27,921 bases of DNA from Pseudomonadota bacterium (GCA_031416315.1 JANOTL010000114.1:1-27921), one strand, 5' to 3'. Counted from the first letter of the stretch, positions 16,829 through 25,930 are shown. Numbers and translations: made by a program. The notes: generated by a model not told the origin, from the letters alone.

Positions 16829-19171
16829 CTACTTGTGCTTGAACACGCGCACGCCGTCCCAGGCCTCGTCGAAAGGTTTCGACTTGTACTGCTCTTCCTC
16901 GATGTCTTTCAGATAGAAGTTGGCCGGGCCGTCGTCGGGCTTGATCATCAAACAGGCGATGAAGTGCTTTTCCGCCTTGGGCCAATCTTGCTTGCGGTAC
17001 GCCTCGCGCCCCGCTTCGAACTCGCCGATCAGATTCTTCAGCGCCGACTCGGACTTCAGGAGATCCGGACGGACGACCTCGAAGACGCGCACGGGCTCGT
17101 TCTTGCCCTTCACCTTGATGTCGTCCAGATCGCGCGTGAAGATGTCTTTGCCCGTGATCTTGCGCTTGGTGAACTCGCTGATCATGATCTTGATGCCGTA
17201 CTTCTTGGTCAGGCCCTCGAGGCGCGCGCCCAAGTTCACCGAGTCGCCCATGACGGTGTAGCAAAAGCGCTCGCCGGAACCCATGTTGCCGACCGACATC
17301 AGGCCGGTGTTGAGGCCGATGCCGATGTCGATCACCGGGAAGTCGCGCTTCGGAAGGTCGACTCTCAGCTTGTCGAGAGCGGAGAGCATCGCGATCGCCG
17401 AGTAGACGGCGCGGTCCGCGTGGTCTTCGAGCTTGTTCGGCGCGCCCCAGAAGGCCATGATCGCGTCGCCGATGTACTTGTCCAGGACCCCCTGCGAGCG
17501 CAGGATGATCGAGGTCATCGGCGTGAAGTACTCGTTCATCAGCTCGCAGAGCTTCTCCGGCGAGAGCGACTCGGAGATCGTGGTGAAGCCACGCACGTCG
17601 CTGAAGAAGACCGTGAGCTCCTTCTTCTCGCCGCCGAGCTTCAGACCCTCGGGGTCCTCGAGCACCTGGTCGATGACGTCGGGCGAAAGGTAGTGGCCGA
17701 AAGCGCCCTTCACCTTCCTTTTCTCGCGCTCCTCGACCATGTACTTGTAGAGCGTGTTGCCGATGTATAGGGACGTGATCTCGATGAACGGCATGCCCAT
17801 GTAGACCCACTCGCCCTTGCCGAACCACATGTACTTGTCGAAGTAGTAGTAGCCGACGAGGAAGAGAAGGGCCGCGATGCCCGAGACCGCGGCCTTGCCG
17901 ATCACCATGATCGGCGCGAAGAAGATGCCGATGCCGAGGACGATCAGGAGCTCGGTGACGTAGATGTTCTCGGTGCGCCGCATGAAGGTCTGGCTGACGA
18001 TGTTCTCGACGGCGGCGGCGTGGTTCTCGACGCCGTTGATGCCGGCGTCGAAGGGGTTCGCCCTCTGGTCGTTGATGGCGATGGCCGTCGGCCCGAGGAT
18101 CAGGCTCCTGCCCTTGATCTGGCGCTTCTGCTCCTCGGTGAGCTTGCCGTCGTAGACGTCGGCGAGCGAGTAGTGCGGAATCGTCTTGTCGGGGCCGTAG
18201 TGGTTGATCAGGATCCGGCCGTAGCCGGTGTGGTCGACCGGGATCTTGAGCAGGTCGGTATCGTCGTTCGGATTCATCAGCGACACGTCGGTGATGCCGT
18301 ACTGGTCGAAGAAGATGACCGGCTCGCGGCCCGTGATCTTCGCCGCGAGCTTCATCGACAGGGACGGCATGAGGGTGCCGTCGATGTTGCGCACGAGCGT
18401 CACCCAACGCATGATCGCGTCGGCGTCCGACTCGTTGTTGAAGAAGGCGAAGTTTTCAGTATGCGAGGCGATGAAGTCGGTGTTGCCGACGATGCCGAAG
18501 GCCTTCAGCGGCTCGTAGTCTTTCAGCTCCTTGCCGTCGGGAAGGATCAGCCCCTGGATGGCCGAGGCCTCCATCGCTTCCTTGCCTTTGAACGGCGTGT
18601 CGCCGAGGGCTTTGCCCTCCTCTTTGCTGGCGTAGTAGAAGAAGCCGAGGACGACCTTTTCGTAGTTCTTGATCATGCGGGCGACCGATTGATCGCCGAG
18701 GGAGGCTTCCATCACCTTGTCGATCTGGTCGAGGCTCGCCTGCGCTTCGTCCGCGTCCTCGGTCGTCTTCAGCGTCTCGATCTCGGCCTTCACGTCCTCG
18801 AGCAAGGGACGCTCGGCCTCGGACCACACGACGTCGAAGCCGACCCATTCGGCACCGAGCGCCTTCAGGTTCGCGAACGCCTTCTCGTACTCCTTGCGCG
18901 CGATTGGCCAGCGGCCGAAGCGCTGCAGCGACTTCTCGTCGATCGCGAGGATACCCATCTTGCCGGAGGGCTGGCGCTCGCCGCGGAAGCGGAAACGCAG
19001 GTCGAGAAGCGAGTTCTCCATCTTCGTGATCAGGTCGTCGCCGCCGTTGCCGCCCGTCCGGTAGTGATGCCAAAGCATCCCGGTACACGTCCCAACAAGG
19101 CCACAGGAGATGAGGAAGGAGACGAGCTTCTTCTTCAACTTGGCGAGAACGCCGGCTTTCTGATCGGACAT
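16829..19171 (-). CDS. CHASE2-domain class III adenylate/guanylate cyclase
   Basis: CHASE2 motifs AIDEKSL...GRWP, VGFDVVWSE and GVENHA, three TM helices, and a cyclase domain FSDVRGFTTISE, DKYIGDAIMAFWGAP, YTVMGDSVNLGARLEG, IKVKGK. Start is 19171 or 19198. Confidence 0.93.
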   Translation of the reverse strand: MSDQKAGVLAKLKKKLVSFLISCGLVGTCTGMLWHHYRTGGNGGDDLITKMENSLLDLRFRFRGERQPSGKMGILAIDEKSLQRFGRWPIARKEYEKAFANLKALGAEWVGFDVVWSEAERPLLEDVKAEIETLKTTEDADEAQASLDQIDKVMEASLGDQSVARMIKNYEKVVLGFFYYASKEEGKALGDTPFKGKEAMEASAIQGLILPDGKELKDYEPLKAFGIVGNTDFIASHTENFAFFNNESDADAIMRWVTLVRNIDGTLMPSLSMKLAAKITGREPVIFFDQYGITDVSLMNPNDDTDLLKIPVDHTGYGRILINHYGPDKTIPHYSLADVYDGKLTEEQKRQIKGRSLILGPTAIAINDQRANPFDAGINGVENHAAAVENIVSQTFMRRTENIYVTELLIVLGIGIFFAPIMVIGKAAVSGIAALLFLVGYYYFDKYMWFGKGEWVYMGMPFIEITSLYIGNTLYKYMVEEREKRKVKGAFGHYLSPDVIDQVLEDPEGLKLGGEKKELTVFFSDVRGFTTISESLSPEKLCELMNEYFTPMTSIILRSQGVLDKYIGDAIMAFWGAPNKLEDHADRAVYSAIAMLSALDKLRVDLPKRDFPVIDIGIGLNTGLMSVGNMGSGERFCYTVMGDSVNLGARLEGLTKKYGIKIMISEFTKRKITGKDIFTRDLDDIKVKGKNEPVRVFEVVRPDLLKSESALKNLIGEFEAGREAYRKQDWPKAEKHFIACLMIKPDDGPANFYLKDIEEEQYKSKPFDEAWDGVRVFKHK

Positions 19172-19205
19172 AGGACGGGCCCTTTCTGTCGGGGACATCG
19201 CTTCG

Positions 19206-19233
19206 TCATCGGTTGCGCCGGCCGCCGCCCTGA
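19206..19233 (-). promoter_or_regulatory. Sigma-28-like promoter
   Basis: Minus strand TCAGG (19229-19233)-N15-ACCGATGA (19206-19213). Confidence 0.55.
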
Positions 19234-19277
19234 GTTACAACCAGGAGGAATCACGCATCTAAAGTGAGTTTTAGGCG

Positions 19278-19940
19278 ATGGCCGAGCTGAGCCGAAACCC
19301 CCAAGAACCCGGGTTTGTTCCGTCGTCTCCGTCACCTACGACGGGGGCCGAGACGGCCGCGCCCGCCTCCGCGGCGGGCCCGGACGCCGAGGACGGTCTG
19401 CCGCTCGAGGAGTTCGCCAGGAAGGCGGGCCTCGCCGAGGCGGAGGTCTGGAAACGATTGCGGCGCGGCGAGCTCGTCGGCCGCACCGAGCGCGGCCGCC
19501 TTTTCGTCTACGCGACCGGCGCCGCCGCCGAATCGGCGCAAGCGACTTTCGGCTCTTGGCTGGAGAAGGCGGGCACCGAGCTGCCGCCACTCCCTGGAAC
19601 GAACGGCGCGACGGCGGCGGGCGGCGACAAAGAAGGCGGATTCCTGTCGCTCGCGGGCGAGCGCACCGGCGCGCCGGAGCTGGCGCTTCTCCTCGATCAC
19701 CTCAGCTTGGCCAAGGAAGAGAACCGCGAGATCCTGCGGCTGACGCAGGAGTCGATCCGCAAAGTCACCGAGCTCACCGACAAGATCGTCGTGATGAAAG
19801 ATCAGGTCATCGACGCCAAGGAAGCGCAGATCATGGCGCTCCAGCAGCAGCTCGCGGCAAAGGGCGAAGAGCTGCGCCGCACGGCGCAGGCGAACGAGGA
19901 CCTGGAGATGTTGGCGCGCACGATGGCCGAAAGGCTGTGA
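19278..19940 (+). CDS. Hypothetical protein with an excisionase/MerR-like HTH and C-terminal coiled coil
   Basis: LPLEEFARKAGLAEAEVWKRLRRGELVG resembles an HTH. The C-terminus has a heptad pattern (KDQVIDAKEAQIMALQQQL). Confidence 0.65.
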   Translation: MAELSRNPQEPGFVPSSPSPTTGAETAAPASAAGPDAEDGLPLEEFARKAGLAEAEVWKRLRRGELVGRTERGRLFVYATGAAAESAQATFGSWLEKAGTELPPLPGTNGATAAGGDKEGGFLSLAGERTGAPELALLLDHLSLAKEENREILRLTQESIRKVTELTDKIVVMKDQVIDAKEAQIMALQQQLAAKGEELRRTAQANEDLEMLARTMAERL

Positions 19941-20518
19941 ACCCCGCGCACTCGCAGATCGCGGACTACGTCGCGAAGGCCTTCGGCGCGGGCAAGGCCG
20001 TGACCAAGACGCACCGTCACGAGGAGCAGAAGGTCGCGGTCGACATCATGTGTGTCGAAGAATGTCCGGACGAGGGCATCACCTCCGCATCGACGATCGG
20101 CCTGTCCGACGCCGTGATGCGCGAAGAGGACGGCGAGGAATTTCCCGTCCGCCTCGAGCTCTGCGCCGCGTTCCCGACCAGCGCGCCGGAGTTTCCGAGC
20201 ATCCTGGCGCAGCTTTCGTACCTGGTGAAGAAGACGGGTCAGCTCCTAGCGCCGGGCACCCTGGTCGAGAACGCGATCTCGGAGCTCTTCCCCGACGCGA
20301 CCGTGCCGCACGCCTACCTGACGACCCCTTTCCCGTGGGGCGAAGACAACCTCGAGTCTTTGACCGTGATGGGCAAGACGATCGCTTGGCTCTGCGTGAT
20401 CCCGGTGTCCGAGAAAGAGCGGATCTTCCTCGAGGAGAAGGGCGACGAGGCCCTGGAGGATGCGTTGGAGGATGGGGAGGTCGATATCTACGACCTGGAG
20501 CGCGAAAGCTCGGTCTAG
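19937..20518 (+). CDS. Suppressor-of-fused (SUFU) domain protein
   Basis: GTG at 19937 overlaps the upstream TGA. Motifs STIGLSD, RLEL, PGT, PFPW, WLCVIPVSEKE and the acidic tail GDEALEDAL...DIYDLER. Confidence 0.8.
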   Translation: MNPAHSQIADYVAKAFGAGKAVTKTHRHEEQKVAVDIMCVEECPDEGITSASTIGLSDAVMREEDGEEFPVRLELCAAFPTSAPEFPSILAQLSYLVKKTGQLLAPGTLVENAISELFPDATVPHAYLTTPFPWGEDNLESLTVMGKTIAWLCVIPVSEKERIFLEEKGDEALEDALEDGEVDIYDLERESSV

Positions 20519-21624
20519 AACGTCGTCGTCGTCATCAAGGTCGCCGCATACCGCCGGTCCTTACGCTGGCCCGGATACTCCCCGAGCTCGACCGCATAGT
20601 AAGACACGTTCAGCCGCGCGATGAAGACGTCGGCGTAAATGCCGCTGGTGAAATACCCCTCGTTGACGCCGGCGAGCAGGCCGAAGTCGAGATCGCGGCT
20701 GACGTAGCTCCGTCCGAGCTCCGTGCCGAAATGCAGCAAGCGGAGCAGGTGATACTCCTCCGGATTGATCAGGTCCTGGACGTCGATGTTCAGGTCCCAG
20801 GCCCAAGGCTTGAAGTCGTAGCGATAGCTCATGCCGACATCCACGCGCATCGGCGTCGGCTGCGGCGGCGCTTTGAAGGTGCCGACCTCGCCGGCATAGC
20901 CGACGTTCTCGATGACGAGGCCGAAGCGCCACTGCTTGCCGGGACGCCAAATGGCGCCGACGTCGCCGCCGAGCTGCATGCCTTCGCGCTTGTCGACCAG
21001 GTCGGACAGCTCGAGCGCGTCGCTGTCGATGAAGTCGATCACGTCCGCGAACTGCAGCGTGCCGGAGTAGATGGTGTGATACAGCGGCCGGAGGTTCAGG
21101 CCGACGGAAAGCTCCTTGCCGATCGGCAGGCCGAAGGCCAGGTTCATCCCCATGTACGAGTCGCTGGCAAAGGTGATCTCGGGCGTGGTCGGCACGCGGA
21201 AGTCGAGGAAGTTCGTCGAGCCGGCGACGGGCGACAGCTCGAACCAGAGGATGCGCACGCCGACGGGCGCGATCTGCACGCGCGCGAACTGCCGCTTGCC
21301 GAACTTGTCCTCCGCCGTCTCGAGCATGCTGACGGCGTTCGCCTCGGCGTCGAAGTTCGCGATATCGGTGATCGTGTTCACCGTGTTCTCGCCGACCATC
21401 GCGTCGAGTTGCAGCCAGCGCACCTGGAAGCGGATCTTCGTCTCGGAGAGGGTGGCCGGGTTCTGCCGCGTCGCCTCGTCGGAGTCGTTGACGGCGACGA
21501 AGGTGTTGCCGCGGCCGAGGGCTCGCGGTGACTCGAGCGAGCGGCGCTGCTCCTCGCCGAGCGCGGACGATGAGAGCAAGGCCGTCGCCGCGTAGAGCAA
21601 CGTACGGATGGGTGAGACGCGCAC
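20515..21624 (-). CDS. Outer-membrane beta-barrel, FadL/PorV/TraF-like
   Basis: GTG at 21624 with a GAAGGGG SD, a signal peptide, the N-terminal motif SPRALGRGNTFVAV...NPATL, alternating beta-strands and a C-terminal Phe. Confidence 0.72.
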   Translation of the reverse strand: MRVSPIRTLLYAATALLSSSALGEEQRRSLESPRALGRGNTFVAVNDSDEATRQNPATLSETKIRFQVRWLQLDAMVGENTVNTITDIANFDAEANAVSMLETAEDKFGKRQFARVQIAPVGVRILWFELSPVAGSTNFLDFRVPTTPEITFASDSYMGMNLAFGLPIGKELSVGLNLRPLYHTIYSGTLQFADVIDFIDSDALELSDLVDKREGMQLGGDVGAIWRPGKQWRFGLVIENVGYAGEVGTFKAPPQPTPMRVDVGMSYRYDFKPWAWDLNIDVQDLINPEEYHLLRLLHFGTELGRSYVSRDLDFGLLAGVNEGYFTSGIYADVFIARLNVSYYAVELGEYPGQRKDRRYAATLMTTTTF

Positions 21625-21764
21625 GGTGTCCCCTTCATCGATTCGCGGAGTTATTTGCATTATAATGGGAGATAGCCTTCCCACGCTAGCCTGCCCCTCA
21701 ATTTCATTGGCTTTTTTCGAAATACATCATCCTTTGACCTCAGCCTTTCGATAGAGAGAGGGCC

Positions 21765-22988
21765 ATGCGTACGGGACCCCTCATCCACCTCGCCATCTTG
21801 GTCGCCGCGGCGGCCGGCACGGCGGCGCGTGCGGAGGAGATCCCCGAGCCCTTCACGCCGGTCCGACCGATCGGCATGGGCGGCGCCTTTACCGCCGTCG
21901 CCAACGACGAGAGCTCGGTGTGGACGAACCCCGCCGGCATCGCCCGCTCGCGCAAGGCACGCTCGCGCGACGTCGCCAACCTGATCAAGGTGCCGAACCT
22001 GGTCGCGGGCGCCAATACCGAGGCCCGCTCCTTCTACGAGGGCTACAAAGGCTCCGGCGATCAAAGCGTCGAAGGCGTGATCGCAAGCATCGACGAGCTG
22101 GGCGACAAGCCCTTCTGGGCGCGCGCCGCGGCGTTTCCCGTGGGCATCTTCAACGTGTCGCGCACGACGCCCATGGCGCTCGGCGCGTTCAGTAACACGA
22201 CGGTGAAGGCGGTCATCCCGCACGAGGATCCGACGCAGGCGCGCGTCGAGGCGATCTCCGACGTCGGCGGCGTCGTCTCCTTCGCCTTCACCAACGACTC
22301 GAACCGCTTCGCGGTCGGCGTCTCGGCGCGGCCGACCAAGCGCTTCGCCTATGAGGACAATATCCCCTCCGACGCGCTTCTCGACAAGGCCGGGATGCAG
22401 GCGCGCCTCGCCGCGGATTCGAACAGCTCGCAAGGCGTCGGCGTCGACTTCGGCACGCTCTTCACCATCGCCGATTTCTGGTACCCGACCTTCGGCTTCT
22501 CGGTCTTGAACTTGCCGACCGGCTGTCGCAAGGACTACCTGAACCCGTTCACCGAGAAGCGCGAGACCGTCTGCGGCAACGTCTATTCGGGCGACTTCGC
22601 CAACGAAGACGCCCTGTCCACCGTCGACCCCACCGACGTGCGCGCCGGCATCTCGATCACCCCGCGTTTGAGCCGTAAGCTGTCGGCGCGCCTTGCGCTC
22701 GACGTGCACCAGATCCCGATCTCGACCGGCGACATGAACTACGGTTTGAAGGGGATCGACGCGGCGAAGCTCCTGCACGCCGGCATCGAGATCTTCGCGG
22801 GCAACCCGCTTCTCATCTCCGACTATTCTGTGCGCGCCGGCTACAGCCAGGGCTTCATGACCTTCGGCGCCTCGGTGAACTTCGGCTATTTCGAGATCCA
22901 GTTCGCGACCTACGGCAGGGACGTCTCGTCTTCGGCGAAGCCGATCGAGGACCGCCGCGTCATGGGCTCGTTGACGTTCGACTTCTAG
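21765..22988 (+). CDS. Outer-membrane beta-barrel, FadL/PorV/TraF-like (paralogue of the divergent gene)
   Basis: Signal peptide ending ARA-E, motif RPIGMGGAFTAVAND...NPAGI, LLHAGIE...RAGYSQGFMTFG and a C-terminal LTFDF. Confidence 0.75.
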   Translation: MRTGPLIHLAILVAAAAGTAARAEEIPEPFTPVRPIGMGGAFTAVANDESSVWTNPAGIARSRKARSRDVANLIKVPNLVAGANTEARSFYEGYKGSGDQSVEGVIASIDELGDKPFWARAAAFPVGIFNVSRTTPMALGAFSNTTVKAVIPHEDPTQARVEAISDVGGVVSFAFTNDSNRFAVGVSARPTKRFAYEDNIPSDALLDKAGMQARLAADSNSSQGVGVDFGTLFTIADFWYPTFGFSVLNLPTGCRKDYLNPFTEKRETVCGNVYSGDFANEDALSTVDPTDVRAGISITPRLSRKLSARLALDVHQIPISTGDMNYGLKGIDAAKLLHAGIEIFAGNPLLISDYSVRAGYSQGFMTFGASVNFGYFEIQFATYGRDVSSSAKPIEDRRVMGSLTFDF

Positions 22989-23100
22989 AGTTGTTTCAAC
23001 ATCTTAGCCTCAACCTACGCGTCGCTTCGCGATTCCCTAACCCGGGTCGCGTGTGGTAATCGTGGCATCTGTCTCGTCATCGGCTCTATTCGGAGACCCC

Positions 23101-24246
23101 ATGCGCCTCGCCGCCCCGATCCTCGTCTCTTTCGCCGCCGCCACCTTTTCCGGCTGCATCACGCCCCGCTCGCAGCAGCCGCATCCGGGTGGCGTCACCG
23201 CAGCGCAGCCGGCGGAGAAGGCGGGCTCGAAGTCGGACGCCGCGACGCCGAACGCGCCGGCGACGCCGGACGCTACACCCGCGTCGCCCGCCGCGACGGC
23301 TGATGCGCCGCCGAAGCTCTTCACGCACGAAGAGCTCATGACCTTCATCAAACGCCAGGTGCAGCCGGAGCAAGGCTTCAACCCAGGCGATCGCGAGCTC
23401 GTGGGCTCCCTGCCGAAAAGTCCGGCGTCCGGCAGCGTCGAGGAAGCGGCGCTCGCCCTGGGCTTGGTGAAATCGGCGCTTTATCCCGTCGGCCAAGACG
23501 GCAAGACCTTCATCGAGTCCGACACGAGCGGAGCGCCGCGCACCGTGCCGTTGGCGAAAGATGCGAACGCCCTCGAGCATCTCTGTAAAGAGCGGGACAT
23601 GAATCTCGCCGACGCGCTCATTCAGAATCCGATGCTGCAATCGTACGGCGTCGCACGCCAGGTCTACCTAGCGCTATCAAGGCCGGGAAATTCGAAAGGC
23701 TTCCGCGGCGAGATCGTCAACGCGCTGCGTGGCCGTGCCGGCCAATGGGCTGTGCTCGCCGGCGACCTCGACCAGCCGATCACCGATGCCGAGACGGGGC
23801 TGCCGCCGGTAGCGAACGCCACGCCGAGCGCTCCGCCCAGCGCGGAGAGCGCCGGCGAGGACCTGCCGCCGGATCCGGCCGCCATGCGCGGCGACGACTC
23901 TGTCCTGGCCGAAGCGCAAGCGCTCGCCGACCGCGGCGACTTCAAGGCGGCGATCAAGAAGACCGACACCATCGGCCGCTCGAGCCCGCTCTACGCCGCC
24001 GCCCAGGACAAAGCGCGCGACTTCGCCAACCGCGGCGTGCAGGACCTCCGCAAAAAGGCCGCCGCCGCCTTCCAAAGCGCGATGCCGATCTCCGAGCGCA
24101 AGACGCGGGCGCAGTATCTGCAGCAAGCGAAGACCTACCTCGAAGAGGCGATCACCAACTACCCGCAGGCGACGCAGCTGCCGACCGTGCGCGATAATTT
24201 GCGCGTGATTAGTAAGGACCTGGAGAGGCTGCAGACGGAAGGCTGA
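23101..24246 (+). CDS. Hypothetical lipoprotein with TPR-like C-terminal helices
   Basis: MRLAAPILVSFAAATFSGC lipobox and Ala/Pro linkers. VLAEAQALADRGDFKAAI and AKTYLEEAITNYPQ look TPR-like. Confidence 0.7.
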   Translation: MRLAAPILVSFAAATFSGCITPRSQQPHPGGVTAAQPAEKAGSKSDAATPNAPATPDATPASPAATADAPPKLFTHEELMTFIKRQVQPEQGFNPGDRELVGSLPKSPASGSVEEAALALGLVKSALYPVGQDGKTFIESDTSGAPRTVPLAKDANALEHLCKERDMNLADALIQNPMLQSYGVARQVYLALSRPGNSKGFRGEIVNALRGRAGQWAVLAGDLDQPITDAETGLPPVANATPSAPPSAESAGEDLPPDPAAMRGDDSVLAEAQALADRGDFKAAIKKTDTIGRSSPLYAAAQDKARDFANRGVQDLRKKAAAAFQSAMPISERKTRAQYLQQAKTYLEEAITNYPQATQLPTVRDNLRVISKDLERLQTEG

Positions 24247-24248
24247 GA

Positions 24249-24864
24249 CTGGGGCATGTCCGGCAAGTGCCGACGTCCGCCTCGGACGTGCGATGTCACT
24301 GGCCCGCGGCTCTTTGCTGTCGTAGACCTCATCGTATGCATTGGCCTATCGCTTGTGCGTGCGCGTGCGCCCGCCCCTATGGGTAGCCCGTTTCCCCTCA
24401 CGTCGCCTTTGAGGTCCACCTCTGCGACAGCTCAGCCACGAAAAGCTCGAAGTTCATCCCATCGCCGAAACCGCTCATAGACCGTCTTCCATGGTTGGAA
24501 ACGCTCTGGGAGATCGCGCCACGGCGAGCCCTTGCGAAGGAGCCACAAAATGCCGTCGACGACGCGGCGGTGATCTTTCCATGGCCTGCCGCAGCGGCCG
24601 TTTACCGGTAGCAGTTCCTTGATTAATTTCCACTGCCGATCAGATAACGCATGCCGCGCTGTCGCTCGATCCATGAGCTTCACCCTCTGCCGTGCCCCCT
24701 TCTGTTCATCCAGCGCCGCGGACGATGAAGCAGACGTGAGGGTAAACGGGCTAGCCACAGGGTGGGGCGCAGGCGCACGCACAAGCAAAAAGCACATGCG
24801 CATGGCGAGGAAAACGTCGACGGTGCGCCTTACGGCGCGTCCAGCATTACCGGACACACCCTAG
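24249..24864. mobile_element. Non-autonomous IS5-family derivative with long inverted arms
   Basis: Ends ctggggcatgtccggcaa and (reverse complement) ctagggtgtgtccggtaa match at 14/18. Internal inverted repeat 24351-24404 versus 24733-24786 matches at 48/54. A transposase fragment lies between. Confidence 0.75.
24432..24674 (-). pseudogene. IS5-family transposase N-terminal fragment (DUF4096-like), no DDE domain
   Basis: RHALSDRQWKLIKELLP...GRPWKDHRRVVDGILWLLRKGSPWRDLPERFQPWKTVYERFRRW followed by an early stop. Confidence 0.88.
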
Positions 24865-24865
24865 A

Positions 24866-25930
24866 TCATTTCGCGCGCGTGTACAGGATGCCTGCGCCCG
24901 CCTCGCCTTCGAGAGCGATCGTCCCACCCTGCAAATCCAGGTCGTGCACCGCCGTCGCGGCCTTCGTCTTGCGCCCGAGGTCGCAGAAAAGCTCGGCGTA
25001 GCTTTGCTGACGTCCCGAGGTCGTCGCGCGTACGTAGCGAATGTCGCCGTTGCGATGGATGGTCGCGTCGTAGCTGCCTTCCCAGAGCCAGCCCGAATCG
25101 TCGCGACGCATAGTGAACGGCGCGCGGTCGATGATCTCCTCGTGGCCGCGGGCCTCGTCGACGTAAGTCGACGCGTCGTATGCGAGCTCGACGCCGCCCT
25201 CGTCCAGGCGCCGCGCGAGCTCCGTCAGGGTGAGCGCCTTCGCGGTCTCGAGCCTGAGGCGGAATTCGCCGCCGCCGGCTTCGACGAAGCTCGTCTCGGC
25301 CACAAGCTCGAAGCGCACGAGCCCGCTTCGCAGCATGAAACGATAATCCTCGGTGCTGCCGCCGCCGAACTCGACCTCGCCGTCGATCAGCTCGAAGAGC
25401 GGGCCGGCGTCGTAGTCGACCTCGCCTTTCGCGCCCTTTTTCACGCCGCGCAGATAACTTTCGCGCGCGAAGAAGTTCACAGGCAGCTTCTCGCCGGCCT
25501 TGAGCGCGCCGAGGCTCTCTGCGAGGCTCAGCGTGAACGCGAGCGTGCCGCCGTCGCCGGTCGTCAGGACGTATTCGTTCGACTCCGCGCGAAACGCGAT
25601 GCGATGGCTCGAGATCTTGGCGAAGTCGAGGCCGCGCGTCGTCAGGTTGTGCATGAGACCGAGCACGAGCTCCGCGGCGTTCGCACCGTAATTGCGCATC
25701 GCATGCGCAGTCGCGAGGTCGCCGGCCGCGACGTCGGCGAGCTCTTTCGCGCTCGTCGTGCGGCCGCAGAACGAGGCGCCTGCGCGCGCCGCCGGCGTCT
25801 CTTCGGCGAAGAAGGCGGCCTCGCTCGCGGCCGCGTCGGTGGCCGCGTCGTCTATGCCCGGCTTCGGGTCGGCGCACGCGGTCGCGAGCAAGAGCGCTGG
25901 GGCGATGCCCAGGACTTTCCACGAAACCAT
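24866..25930 (-). CDS. Hypothetical lipoprotein
   Basis: MVSWKVLGIAPALLLATAC lipobox with a GGAGG SD upstream. The body looks beta-rich. No family recognised. Confidence 0.72.
   Translation of the reverse strand: MVSWKVLGIAPALLLATACADPKPGIDDAATDAAASEAAFFAEETPAARAGASFCGRTTSAKELADVAAGDLATAHAMRNYGANAAELVLGLMHNLTTRGLDFAKISSHRIAFRAESNEYVLTTGDGGTLAFTLSLAESLGALKAGEKLPVNFFARESYLRGVKKGAKGEVDYDAGPLFELIDGEVEFGGGSTEDYRFMLRSGLVRFELVAETSFVEAGGGEFRLRLETAKALTLTELARRLDEGGVELAYDASTYVDEARGHEEIIDRAPFTMRRDDSGWLWEGSYDATIHRNGDIRYVRATTSGRQQSYAELFCDLGRKTKAATAVHDLDLQGGTIALEGEAGAGILYTRAK

Noticed and set aside
19260..19288. Sigma-28-like promoter for the HTH/coiled-coil gene (TAAAG...GCCGAGCT)
   Set aside because: The spacing is 16 nt and the -10 box falls inside the predicted coding region, so support is too weak.
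20515..22988. Conjugative element, suggested by the TraF-like label
   Set aside because: No relaxase, VirB4, coupling protein or integrase is present, and composition matches the flanking genes.
24256..24864. Two similar small ORFs (MSGKCRR... on plus, MSGNAGR... on minus) as paralogous peptides
   Set aside because: Their similarity follows directly from the DNA inverted repeat, with no independent coding evidence.
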